The translations under genes were made by a program, and so were the position numbers. DNA of 64,000 nt from Podarcis vaucheri. Taxonomy: Eukaryota. Numbering within the stretch: the stretch's first letter is position 1; every line of letters begins with the position of its first letter. Under the pieces are notes generated by a model. It made no database searches and was not told where the DNA came from. It saw only the letters and a program-made list of their open reading frames with translations. Location: the NCBI GenBank assembly GCA_965113315.1, contig OZ220363.1, one strand, 5' to 3'. Below, one piece after another: positions 37,546 to 49,879 of this stretch.

Positions 37546-40500
37546 CTGTTCCTGTTGTGAACTACAACTCCCATACCTCCCTCCCCAGCCAGCATGGCCA
37601 ATGGTTGGATATGGCAAATGTAATCCACAACATCTGGAGGGCACCATATACTCAAGACACACTTCTTTGCACTGGCCTTTGACACCAGAGATCTGTGTTT
37701 TCAGGATTCACCCTAGTCTCATGAACGTAATATTTTAACGGGGGTTTTTACTTCTGAATTTTAACATTCTTGTAACCCAGTCTGGGACCTGTAGGTGAAG
37801 GGTGGGTAATAAATTTAAGAGTAAGAGTAAGAATCCTGCCTTACATGAACAGTTGTCAAGGGGTCTTAAAGGTTGATCTACACTTTAATCAACATTAAGG
37901 ATATTAATGACCTCACAACTGAACAGGTAGCGTTGTCTTTTTCAAAAAGTATTACGATTTGCAGATTGAAGCAATCCCACCCCCTTATTTTCTTTTAGCT
38001 CAGAGACTGCTCAGACACTTGAGATGTAATGAAACCAGGAAGTGCTAGGTACTTGGGCTTCCAATTACTTCTGCATCTTGTTGTTGCTGTAAAGGTGATT
38101 GACAAATGTTTGGGTGCATAGGAAACAACTGAAAATCATGACGTTTTCTCTCCCTGAGTGTTTGTGATGACACACAAAATGCCGAGTGCTGCACACAGCA
38201 GTGAATGAATTGGAATGGCTGGCCTCAAGCAGGAAAACAGCATGTGCATGAGTTTTAAAGAGACTTTCTGTGGCTACTCTGTGTGCCAAATAGCTCACTT
38301 TTTAACTAAAAGGAGCAAGTGACAAAACTAAATGCAACCATTTCCTTCCAAACCCAACAGGCCTACACAAATTCTTGCCCGTAAACAAATCCTTAATGGC
38401 AGTGCAGTAAGAATCAAAGGCTAAGTGCGCAATCCTATAACCACTTACCTGGGAGAAAAGCCCCATTGAATTCAGCGAGGCTTACTTCAAAAGAGACATG
38501 TAAAGGACTGCACTATAAATAAGAATGACTGCAGCCCGAAACTTCTTTACTTCCCAATTCATTTTAAACTGAGCTTACATACTTGCAAGTTAAGTGTGCT
38601 TTGTATTAAATCTTAAAAGTTTCACTCCACAAATGGGACCTTCTTCCATGTTAGTCTGATTAAGATTGAGGTGTAAAATGGAATGGAAGATTAGGGGGGA
38701 GTAACCCATCAATACAATGTACCAAGTGGCTCTTTTAAGAAAGCATGAAATTTAAAGTCATGCATGGTTCTATGCAAGTATAAAATCAGGGTTTTTCATG
38801 AAGGCAAATGTATATATTTAATGGCAAGTAGGTATCCATCCATTTTTGTCATTCCCCAAAGTGAATAAAACTCAGGCAATTGATAATCCACAGAAAGACA
38901 ATCTATCTTTCTGTCAACGAAAACCAAAATGGTTGCTGTTTTTTAAAAAACTAGCAGCTGTTATATCCGCAGGATGTCAAGCACCTACAAGGCCTTGCAA
39001 TCATGCAGTGAAACTTTATTTCTTTTTTACAGCCATTTCCCGCATTGCATCAAACTGCATTAGAAAGTAATGAGCTCATCAAAATATTGTCAAGTGGTAA
39101 ACAAGAGTGTCAAAAACCTCATTGTATACACTTGCCATGCTAAACTCTACTTAGAAATAAATGTTGCAAAGTGTTTATAATACTAATTTCTTAGCATACC
39201 CTGTCTCTGAAGTAGCAGAAATGTAAGATCGCAACACAGCGGGTACACAGAGAAAGGTCAACCATAGGAAGTTGTTTATTGCCAAGTTAGATCATTGACC
39301 TATCTGGTTCAGTATTGCCTACATAATCTCTCTCTAGTGGTTCAGGAAGAATTCTGTCTTAGCCAGCTGTAGATGCCAGAGGACTGAACCAGGACATTCT
39401 GTATGCAAAACATGAATTCTACCACTCTGCTACAATGACCTCAGAGTGGCAAGTTGTAATAAACCCTGGCAAAAAGATATTGTTCTTGGATCGTAAGTAC
39501 CAAGTAGTTATGTGCTTAAGTGTATATACCACATATATCTTCTGTAAACTGTCATAATGGCAAAACAGATTCAAAATCTTGTTTTAGTCAAGTATGGCTT
39601 TAAAAGTATGTGACTATTTGAACCGACGGGGATAACTCTGAGTGCATGTTGGCACCCAGTCCTCATTCAAATCTCCCAGAGTTGCATCCTAAGTTCTTTG
39701 GGTTTTGCTAAAGCTTGAAAACATTTTGTAAGTGTATCATGAAGTGGATACCAGAATCTCTCAAATGTGTGTTAATTTCACATATTAATAATTCTAACAT
39801 ATCTAAAATTGTCAGGGGCATGGGGGGGAAGGGGGCTTATAAACACAAAAGATATGCCTCATCAATAACAGCTATAAGTCATCTCTCATGGTATATACTA
39901 TGACATACCTCACAATTTGGAGAAATAAATATAGGCAAGTGTTATACTTTTCTCTGAACTAATTGTAATTAACTAATGTCTAACATTTGCTCTTTGAATT
40001 TATTCATAAAAATAACAGGAAATGCCCAGTGTTTACAAAGCATACCAAAGAGAAGTCAATGAAAATATATGGGCTAGTAATACATATTTTTTCACTTAAA
40101 AAAAAAATCTACACATGTGAACAAATTCGCAGCCCCATAGCAGAGTTAAAGCAAGAGGGGCAAGGGAGGAAATGAAGTATGTGCCATATTCAGTTTTCAA
40201 AAAGACAGACAGCTTTTGCTGTTGGCCTAGAAATGTCTGAAAGGACCGTCTTTCACAGTCTTTAAAATAAGGATAATAAAATGTAAACTCAGAGGAATAT
40301 CTGGTCATAACTGGAAATAGAACCAGTTTTTTTTTTAACCTATAAAAAATCCTTCATATATTTTCCATGGTTTGGAAATGTGTCTGGACACTGACCTTCG
40401 TGATCCAAAAGAAGTTTGAAATGATCTAAAGAATTGCACCATGGTTATCAAGTAGAGCTTTGGGCTCATTTAAAGCACATACTAAATTGAAATATCTTTG

Positions 40501-40594
40501 CTTGTGCGTACACATGTAATCAGAGAAGGCTGTTAGTTTTGGAAATCTGAAAGGCACGACCAAAAAAAAAAAAAAAAAAAGATTCAGAAGAACT

Positions 40595-40881
40595 TTAAAC
40601 CCTGAAGAATTTTTTCACCAGTTCAAGCATGTTCTCATAGGACAGCTCCGCTTCCCGGTAAATATGGCCAAGTAACTCCTGAAGCGCAAAAAGGAATGGC
40701 ATATTGAAGCTTAGGAGTTCATACAAGTAGGTATAGTTGTATGCATTGTCCCTGAAATGAAGTCTGGCAGCGTGCAGGAAACCATGCATCCAGTTAGAGA
40801 GGCGTCTTGGAAGGTCAAGCAGATCCCTTGTCACCTTAAGAGGCCAGCTTAGCGTTTTCCTAAAGAATGAAGGCAGGATAC
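40595..40881 (-). CDS. MICAL2: Alternative MICAL2 C-terminus by read-through of the 40882 donor: GILPSFFRKTLSWPLKVTRDLL...ELVKKFFRV*
   Basis: ORF 40595..40948 stays open for 95 further codons; resembles the remembered rodent Mical2 tail (SFFRKALSWPLRLTR.LL.LP...RDNA.NY...ELLS). Confidence 0.88.
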
Positions 40882-40981
40882 CTGGGGACCGGTCTTCTGA
40901 GCTGCCGCCTGCAGCAAAAGCATTTTCTGGGCTGGTTTCTGAAGACATGGGCTCTTCTTGCCGCCACGGTTTTGCTTCCTC
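40882..40981 (-). CDS. MICAL2: MICAL2 post-LIM exon EEAKPWRQEEPMSSETSPENAFAAGGSSEDRSP, ending at an internal donor
   Basis: tttaaag| acceptor; CCAG|gtatcc donor; 100 nt, phase 0-1. Confidence 0.9.
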
Positions 40982-41676
40982 CTTTAAAGAGACACTCAGC
41001 TTAACATTGTGCCATCATCATCTCCCCAAACGTAAGAAAGTTTCTTTCAAGGAACAGCTAGAAAATAAATGGAAACCTAGCAGGTAGCTAACATTGCTGC
41101 AAACTTAAGGAGGACATTGTCCCATAGTAGTAATGACTTTCCAATGGAAGTCGGTAACAGCAATTTCCACTTGGATTATATGGAAGACATGGTTTGGAAT
41201 GGGAAAAAAAAGTTGAGCAGACATCATGCGCAGGTTGACACAAGTCTACAGAAGCCAGTTTCCAAAATGACCACTGGCCATCCTCCTGCGGCAGCTCCCA
41301 CATGAACCATGGCATCTACACCCATAAAATGTGTGCCAAACTGTAAGTTTGGGCATGCTTCAATATACCATAACTATATAACAATTCCAGCAGTAGCCAG
41401 AATATCTAGAAGCAAATAAATTAAAATATGAAGCAACAAGCTTTGGACTACCACAAATCATATACCCACACCTCCAGAACAGTGTCCTCTACAAAGTGAC
41501 TGCCTGGTACATAAAAGGATCAGATCACTTGGGTTCCACAAGACACTTGAACTGCATGACTTATGCTTATCACTTTCATTGAGATGGAATTTATAATTCT
41601 TAGCATGCCTTGTCCACTCACTGCCAGGCTTTGGCAGATCAGTGGAACTACACAAACTCTGGACCATCACACATAC

Positions 41677-41765
41677 CTTTTCATGATTCTTTACCATAAC
41701 TCTTCTTTTTCTGTGCTTGTTATTTGTTTTACACTGTGCAAAATGAAGCTTGCAGTAAAATTTAC
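41677..41765 (-). CDS. MICAL2: MICAL2 LIM domain exon 2 (G)KFYCKLHFAQCKTNNKHRKRRVMVKNHEK
   Basis: CxxH closing the LIM domain; ttccag| and |gtatgt, 89 nt, phase 1-0. Confidence 0.97.
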
Positions 41766-42494
41766 CTGGAAAACACAAGGACAGGAGGAATGACATTGTT
41801 TGCTTTCTCTCTCTACTAATCACTTAATTCCATTTGGAAATGAACAGTGACAGAAGCCACAGGTGCTGTGCATACACTGATTCTTTCTTGATTTGGGCTT
41901 CAGGGAGAATGTCTTTATATCCTCTGAAGAAAAGTGTGCTTTCTATCTTGTACCTGCTTAATTTCTATTAACGTTATTTCTTTAACTCCCCTGTCAGTTT
42001 TATCTCACACAATAAACAGATGACCAAGCAAGCTTCTGCAGCTTAACCTGTTTATCTGTAGAACAGGGCACATTCATGCTATATAAGGCATTCTGGCTGA
42101 ATTTTTGCTTCAATCGAAATTTAAGCCTTAGTGCTTTCTTTATGCACCGCAGCAAAGTTTTCATAGTGAAGTGTTGTGGTTTATGTGATCGCTCCCCACC
42201 TATTTCTAGGGTGGCAGGGTGGGGGGTGGGGAGAGAAATCATGTGAACCAGATCTCTGTCATACTGGCATAGGTCAAGGATGTCATTTACACTAGACGTC
42301 ATCTGCAAGAATAAGGCAGCAAAAAACCCCCACAATTTGGACAATATTGGATTTTTGACACCTCTCAATTCCAGGTGAGAACCGCCTTCACTATCTGGTT
42401 GATTCTAGCATTTGTGAGCAAGAAGAGGCTGAAATATGCCAGTTGCATATTGCACAGCAGAAATCCTAACTATCGTATTCCACTTTCTAATTAC

Positions 42495-42681
42495 CTTCTT
42501 CTGCATCAAAGGCATACGTTGCTAGGCGGAGAGTTGTAGCACATATGGCACATCTGAAGCATTCTCGGTGGAAAAAGCGGCCTTCTGCACTCAGGCGCTC
42601 CATGACATACACCCTTTTTTGACAGAAACAGCAAATGTCGCTCCCACCTACTGACTGCGGAAATACTTTCTTCAAAGAACC
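42495..42681 (-). CDS. MICAL2: MICAL2 LIM domain exon 1 (GSLKKVFPQ...[46 protein letters not shown])
   Basis: CxxC...HxxCxxCxxC zinc ligands; ttgcag| and |gtaatt, 187 nt, phase 0-1. Confidence 0.98.
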
Positions 42682-44235
42682 CTGCAAATAATATTAACAA
42701 GCGTTTGTAAGATTTGTACGGTACAGAATAAATGTAACAGCTTGATTAAATACCCTACTAGATTATAAAAAGAGAGCAGAGGAGATACACCTGCAGCAGC
42801 CCAAAGTCAGTTGGATAACAGGTCTTTTGTGGATATATATGGCTCATCAAGGCATGGTAAGTTTAGTTTTTATTACATCCTTATTGCAAAAACAAGAGGG
42901 GTAGAAAGCACCTAGCAAGTCTCAATACACGGTTGGTTGGTTGGTCTTTGCTTCACTTGACAGCCAACAAGTTGTGCATGCCTCCCTCAACATGCAAGGA
43001 AAACTCCAAACGCCGTGTGGAACACCTAAAGGAAATAGTGCTAACATGGCAGACACATTCCAGGATCCATGGAGAATGCTTTTGGGGTGCTGCACTATAT
43101 AGAGCATGGGAAAGCCAATCTAATGTATTCGTTCCTAATCTTTGAAACTTCTTTGTAAGTATGGGCGTGACTCACAGGAATTTTCTAATGACTTCAACAC
43201 AGAATGGGTGTAATCCAACAGCAAAACCTCCATTGATCTTAGCGGGGCTGAACTGCAGCCAATGTGAGGAGCTGATCTTATAGAAGGGATAGGGAACATG
43301 TACCCAGACACAGCTGAACTTCAACACCTATCACCTCTGACTATTGGCCTTACTTGCTGAGTTCATCAACATTGGGAGGGTCACAAGTTCTCCATCCCTG
43401 TCTTACACTGGTCTTCACAATTTTATTATAACCCATGCTAAATGTGAACATTGTTATCCACACCCAACTACACACTTAGCTTCTCTGTAAATGTACGCAT
43501 AACATTTGGTTCCACCCATTCGTGTATATTTAAGTGAATAAACACATTCATGTTTTAGAATGCTCAATGGCTTCCGTCTCCTAATAAAACAGCACCTGTG
43601 ATCTATTACAGGAACACTTAAGAAAACAGAAAGACGGGGGAAAGGGAGAAAAGAAAAAGCACACCAAAATATGGACAGATGGAAGTCACTGAATTTCCAA
43701 GTAGCTCTATGTCCTATGATTAAGCAGTGAAAATAATGTTGAAAATTGCCTTTTTATAAATATTAAGGTTTACTGCAGAAATTACATGTTTTGGGACACT
43801 GTTTATCTTTATCTGAATTTTGTTTGATGTGTATATTGAAGCAAGTTAAATACCAGCAACATACAAGAGAAATCTTAAAAATAAATAAACTCAGAATCCA
43901 TCTGATTGATAGCTTAAAAAGTCTTCAAAAACAAAAAGACTATGGACAGAATACATTTCAAGGCCAACACACACAGGAAATCCTACTTGTGCAGTTGACC
44001 CCTGTTTGCACAAATGAGGGGTTCCCCTTTCTCTCCTCCCCTTGCACCCCCCGTGCCTCCTAAATCTGCTACAGAAGGTTGGGAACCATCCAGAACCGAT
44101 GTGGGTGCAAGGATGTGGGGAGAAGAGGAAGGCGGAACCCCAGTACAACAGGGGATCTCACCCACCCACCCCCCACAATAGCTTTTCTTGTTATTCTGAG
44201 GACACACCACGTGCACCAGTACTTTTCTGTGGTAC

Positions 44236-44322
44236 CTGACAGGTTTGAGCAGTAGAAGGCAAAGCTTGAGAGGTAGGAGAAGAAGGGAAAGCAGCAGCTG
44301 CACCTCCATCGAAAGATTCACT
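44236..44322 (-). CDS. MICAL2: Candidate cassette exon SESFDGGAAAAFPSSPTSQALPSTAQTCQ
   Basis: gttttgttgcattcag| and CAG|gtacca, 87 nt, phase 0-0, open in frame; no mammalian counterpart that I recognise. Confidence 0.5.
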
Positions 44323-44863
44323 CTGAATGCAACAAAACACTCTAATAAGTCTGATTCAACAATTTAAGAAGAAAAAAAATGCATAAGCTTCAACAGCAGC
44401 ATTTATGAATACTAGCTAGCATCTAGTGAGTGAGTCCCTGGATGTGTGCACATGGACTTATAACACAACCAGTGGGACTGGTTCTTTTTTGTTCCGAGCA
44501 GCAGTCTCCCTCCCCAGACATGGAAAACTGATGTTTAAACACCCCCCCATGCCCAGGCACCTTCGGGCCCCAGACTTTGCTTGAAAAGCCACTCCAGATT
44601 AATCATGGCCCCTTATAAACTGCATAGCTATTATTACACTTCACCAAAGCCTATGCTGTGCGTTAGCTACAAGCAATAAATGCATGAACGGGTGTATCTT
44701 CACCGTAACACATCCTCAGTGTGACAAAGTGTGGGTGTACACACACACACACCCCTGAAAAGGTATAAGGACATGCCCAGAAATGTGGCTCTTAAAATGC
44801 ACTGCAGGTAAAGTAAGAAATAAACTTGGCACAAATTCAAGTATTTGTGGGTTTAAACCTTAC

Positions 44864-44971
44864 CGGTTGCAAAGCGTTGGACAATGGACTGGGCCTGTGA
44901 TCATTCATGTACAGATTGACAAGAACTTCCGCCACGGCCCCTATTCCACGTGACACTTTCCCTACAGTCAT
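44864..44971 (-). CDS. MICAL2: MICAL2 exon [36 protein letters not shown]
   Basis: ggtag| and |gtaagg, 108 nt, phase 0-0; highly conserved motif. Confidence 0.95.
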
Positions 44972-47900
44972 CTACCATCCAGCAACGAAGCGGAGGAAAA
45001 AGGGGGAGAGAAAAGATGGGAGGCACAGAATGAACATGAGAATACAGTTTAAGGGGGGGAAAGAAACAAGACGACAGACAAGACACATAACAAAGCAGTG
45101 ATAAGCGAGCTTGAAGTTTTGAAAGGCACACAGGCAGCTAGAAGAGCTGTGAGCAATTTCATGCACTATAAAGCACAATTCTCCCCACTTCTGCCACACC
45201 GCCTATGCTTTTCGTTTAGCAATGCAAAAATTCTGTTCTAAAGTTGTTAGCATACGATAATGTCTTCAATTAGTTCTCCACAAATACTTATGGAAATCGA
45301 TCAAAGCTTGTAGAAACAGATCCAGGCTTGTATGAATGAGCAGGCATGGAGCAGGGAACAGCAAAATCTTGTTTGATTACTTTCTCATCCACAGATGATC
45401 GTTTTCCTTTGCAATAATTACAGCGCAAAACATACTATGTTGTTGACAGAAATAAATACTAACAAAAGAAGGTTTTTTTGAGAACAGACAATAGTATGCT
45501 AATTACTGCTGTGTTTGGATTTTTATTGTATCATCTGAACTCTTGTTAATTTCTCTTGTGAATAAGATATAAGTAAAGTTTCTAATTGCACCTGACTTCT
45601 GAATGCCACATGCCCATGTACAAAATGGGATTTTCTCAGATTTCGGCAGCACCAAACCAATGTTGTAATTATGCTGGAGGTATCTGTAGACTACCTCAGA
45701 CTTGCCTTATTCTTTCTATAAACAAAATGAAGCAAACATTTCTTTCTTTCACAGTGACATCCTTGTAGAACCAGGGCCATGATATGAAAATCATGGCCAG
45801 GACCTTGTTAGCTTGTTCAACAATCTGACCTCAAACTCCATAGATATAAAATTTTATTTAGGTATAAGGCCAAGTACACATGAATTCCTCACTGTTGTGT
45901 GGACCACATGAATGGACTTCACAGATCACTAGTGATTTGCAGAACACAGCTTATGAATCTGATCCATAGCACAAACATTTGCATGGATATTACTTTTGTG
46001 TAAGCTGCTGCAAGAGCCCATATTTGGACTGACTAAACCAGGATAGATGTGTATGAAGTAATATTACATAATTATGTATTTCACACAAATGCATGCATGT
46101 GCACGCATACAGACATTTCTTGCCACAGATAGCAAGACCAGCGCTGCCATTGGTGCATGTAAATACCAGCCAATTTGCTTGATATTGTTTTGACACAATT
46201 ATGTTCTGCATGCCTTATTTTACCTTCTGCACATTAAACTAAGTCATAAAAACAATAATGTCCATCTCCGATTGAAGTTAGTATTCTCAAAAATGCCTTA
46301 TACATTTTTAAATTTGCTAGATGTTTCCATACTTTAAAAAAGAAGCTTGAATGAAATCTGCAAGGAAAGTCATATAAGGCAAGATCTTTCTGAATATGCT
46401 TAAGCAAGTATTTAAAAGACATGCACGATTAAACAAGGATGGGCAACACAAGTCGATTTCTACCCTTTGATGTCAATTAGCTGCCCCACCCATGAAATGT
46501 CATCAATCATGATGGCAGCTGGTAGAGCAACATGACCTCATTTGCTGCCTGTGAAAACTAAAACTTGGTTTTTAGTCTGTGTAGCAGCAGTCTTTACAAA
46601 GGCTAGATAAACCTGAGCGGATAAGCCAAGAGAAATAAATGGCAAGAAACAAATCGGCAAACTGGCTTTCCACAAAAATAATATGCTGACTTTCCTAGTT
46701 AACAAATACTCTGTATGTATGCATTATTATTATTTTTTAAAAGGAACATGGTGCTCCCTGTGGTAGAGGCTGCCAGAGGGAAGAGGAGGCAGGGAAGCCA
46801 ACTTTTAGGAGTCTCATTCCGCATGCTTCTCTTTTCTCTGGATTCAACCCAATACAAATTAGGTACAAGATACTGTGTTTCTGGTCTGTTTAAAACAGGC
46901 AAAGTTCCCGTGAGATTATGTCAAGTGTGAAGATTGGACTGGGCAAGATAAGATGGGGGGAAAGGCAATGGGAAAAATGAAGCCAAGGAAGCTGGTTGTT
47001 ACGTTTCCAGGAAACGAGCAAAACAAAAGTAGTAAGCAAACACGAATAAAGGAAAGGCAATTGGTTATCATGGAAGGTTTTTCATCCGGCTCTCCAAAAT
47101 TCTCACATCAGGTACTACCCAAAGGGAAACTTGACTGGCCAAAACAGCATGGAAATACTTTGCTTATTCATAAAACTGCTAAGAATTAATCTTGTGTAAT
47201 AAGGTAAAAAGTTTAGGGTTAGATTAAATGGGGTTTGGGGGGCATCACTGTGACTCTGCTAAAGAGGGCAAACAGGGTGGACAAGCACTGACTGACATAC
47301 TCTATTTGTTGAGAGAATAAGCCTTTGCATAAGTAAAAAGATGGCCAAGTAGAGGTGATGTGTTGCCACAGACACAAAATAGCTAGAGCTCCTTCTGGAA
47401 GGGCGAATGTCTGGAGGAGATGCCATCAAGGTTGCCTGTGTTTAAGAGATAACAGACTGGAAGTTTCTGAAAGAGGCAGAGGGAGACAGAAACCCGACTT
47501 GCTCTCTAGACGAATGCGAAACTATGTGGAGCTGGCTCTGTTGGATGGGCAACTTTGTCAACTTTCCATCTTATGCTCAGCCAATACAAACGTGTTAATA
47601 AAACATTATGTCACAGAAACACTAAGTCTCCAGTCACCTTCATTCCAAGGAAACTTAAGCCAAGATATATGATGGGAAAACTGGCACATCTCACTGCTCA
47701 GAGATTGAAGTTGGGACACCGAGTAGGATTTATCAGTGGAAGACCTCGTGCTCAGAGGTGGTTTTCTACACAGATCCTTGCCTTTCTAGTAATAGCAACT
47801 ACAAGCCATTTTTTAAATAGATTAATAAAATCTAAGTCATCTTGGAGCAGAATTTGGTTACTTTCAACTCTTGGTGCATAGCTAATCAAGGTGACAGATG

Positions 47901-49066
47901 GATTACTTTAAAAGTGACCAATTTATCCTTCTGTTCATTTGTGGATGCTTTGGGTTTTAGGACAACATGAACAGCATTTCAAACCTAAACTGCATGGGTT
48001 CTTTCCGCCTGCCTACTTTTGAATGCAAAACAAAAATGCCGCATTTGACAGAAGCAACAGACCAAAAATAAAATAGGGCCCCTTCTCAAGAGTGGCAAGA
48101 CCATACTAATGATTCAGTCTACAAGCCTAAGGATATTTCAGCTTTACTTCAGATAAAGCCTCAGAAAATTCCTAGTTTAAGTGAAAGATCTCATAAGCCC
48201 AAAGTCTTGGTTTAGCATTAATGCATGGTTTTTACAGGACTGTTCCAAAGGAACCAGCAAATACACAAAAGGATTCAGGTACTTTGCCACAATAAACAAA
48301 TCAAACTAGGATTTAAAGGCAAGGCTCTGGAACATGTTGGAGACAGCACCTCTGAGAATGTGCAAAGTTTAATTCCTTCAAACACCTTGGAATAAGGAGC
48401 AGGCATTCCAAACTAGCTTAGTTCCCACAAACATTTGATAAACCAACTGCTACAGCACCTCACACTCTGCAAAGTACAAAGCAGCTCCTTTAATTTCTTA
48501 CTTGGTTCTTAAGCCATTCTTGCCTGTTTCATGAAGCAGTATTGGAGGTTTGCTTGGAAAATTAAAATAAAACTGTGTGGGAGTCTTGGTGATAGCCTGA
48601 GCATGTGGCAGGAGCATGTGGCAGGAGGCAGGCCTTTGGAGGACATGCCATTAGCCACCAATAGCAAATCGTGTTTGAATGTAGGGGCTGGGAACAAATA
48701 CTACTTGTCAGCCCTACAGTTCAGGACCTAGTTCCACATTTTTAAAGTTTCCATTTTAATTTTTTTAAATTTCTAAAAATTAAAAATCATATTGAACAAG
48801 AGAAGCAGCCTTACTTCTGATATTTCAAAAGAAAGAGTGAAACTGGAATTGGGGTAATTCCCTGTCGGCCATGAATTACTGTCACTTATTTATTTTGGCT
48901 ACCATGCAAATTAACAAGCTCAGACCTTATTCAAGTGAAATGCAGCGTGAACACACAGAGACAGAATCGCAGCCTCTGAGCAAAGCTAGGTCTCTTGAGT
49001 CAAAGCCAGCCTTGCGTAGTTTTTAGTGCCAACATGAATCTGACATGGAAACCTGTTAAGGAATAC

Positions 49067-49198
49067 CTTTTTAGAATGAACAGCAGGGGAAGCGGAGTCA
49101 GTGGATGATGGAGAAGAAGCAGCTGAATCATGAGATGAAAGGCAAGAGGGAGATGGGAGTTGAGAATGGGAGAGACCTTTAGTAGGAGGAAGTTTATT
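49067..49198 (-). CDS. MICAL2: MICAL2 Ser/Pro-rich exon NKLPPTKGLSHSQLPSPS...STDSASPAVHSKK
   Basis: gtacag| and |gtattc, 132 nt, phase 0-0; resembles NKLLSKGLSH...STVDSASPARK. Confidence 0.92.
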
Positions 49199-49472
49199 CT
49201 GTACAGAGCAGAAAGAGGAAAGTTATCCCAGATGGTTTTCATATTAACGAGTGCTAAAATTATGGCACTGCCACCACCATGCACTAAAATTACTGAAGAA
49301 AAAACTACAGTCTGAGACTACAGTTAGATTTAAACAGAACTAACAATGTTAGAATGTGGACTAATGTCTCATTTGCTCCTCAGTTTTCTATTTCTGTTTG
49401 GTGAAATAAAAGATAAGGGTTATTGGCCATGAACGAGCCTTTTTTTCCTTAAATAGGATGAAAACCAGCGTG

Positions 49473-49477
<5 letters not shown>

Positions 49478-49526
<49 letters not shown>

Positions 49527-49527
49527 A
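49478..49527. repeat. (CT)n(CA)n compound microsatellite
   Basis: Direct reading; lies 43 nt into the intron after exon 49570. Confidence 0.9.
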
Positions 49528-49569
49528 TCTATTTTTTCTGCACCTGCAACAGTAAACACAAGTATTCAC

Positions 49570-49671
49570 CTTTGGGATGTCGACATAGCCAAACATTGAG
49601 GCAAGATGAGAGGCTTTTTCTTTAATGCTCTTTTTATGAAATTCTCTATTTGCTATGGACTGAGCTCTCTT
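49570..49671 (-). CDS. MICAL2: MICAL2 exon [34 protein letters not shown]
   Basis: ctgcag| and |gtgaat, 102 nt, phase 0-0; near-identical to remembered [28 protein letters not shown]. Confidence 0.95.
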
Positions 49672-49879
49672 CTGCAGCCATAAGGGAGAGAAAGGAAACA
49701 GAAGAAAGAATTTGGTTACATAGAAAAGGAAGAAATAGCGCTAATCAGAAAAATGGTTAGTTGTGGGGGAGGGTGTGAACGAAAAGGCAGGACAGAAAAC
49801 AGAATGCTAGCAGTGAGAAGAAAAAAAGGGGACAGACTTCAGTGTTTGAGTGTGTATATAATTAAGATCATCATGATTT

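Noticed and set aside
43986-44196. Possible exon NNKKSYCGGW...GQLH
   Set aside because: Its donor would be phase 2, which does not fit the phase-0 LIM exon, and it lies only about 40 nt from the 44236 donor.
46018-46027. CArG box CCATATTTGG (another at about 61829 inside a MITE)
   Set aside because: Several are expected by chance in 64 kb, and there is no clustering.
46699-47000. Candidates for the human EKKSPSGFHFHPSHL exon (EKRS..., GFIFPIAFPPSYLAQ)
   Set aside because: No pair of phase-0 splice sites, and the similarity is too weak.
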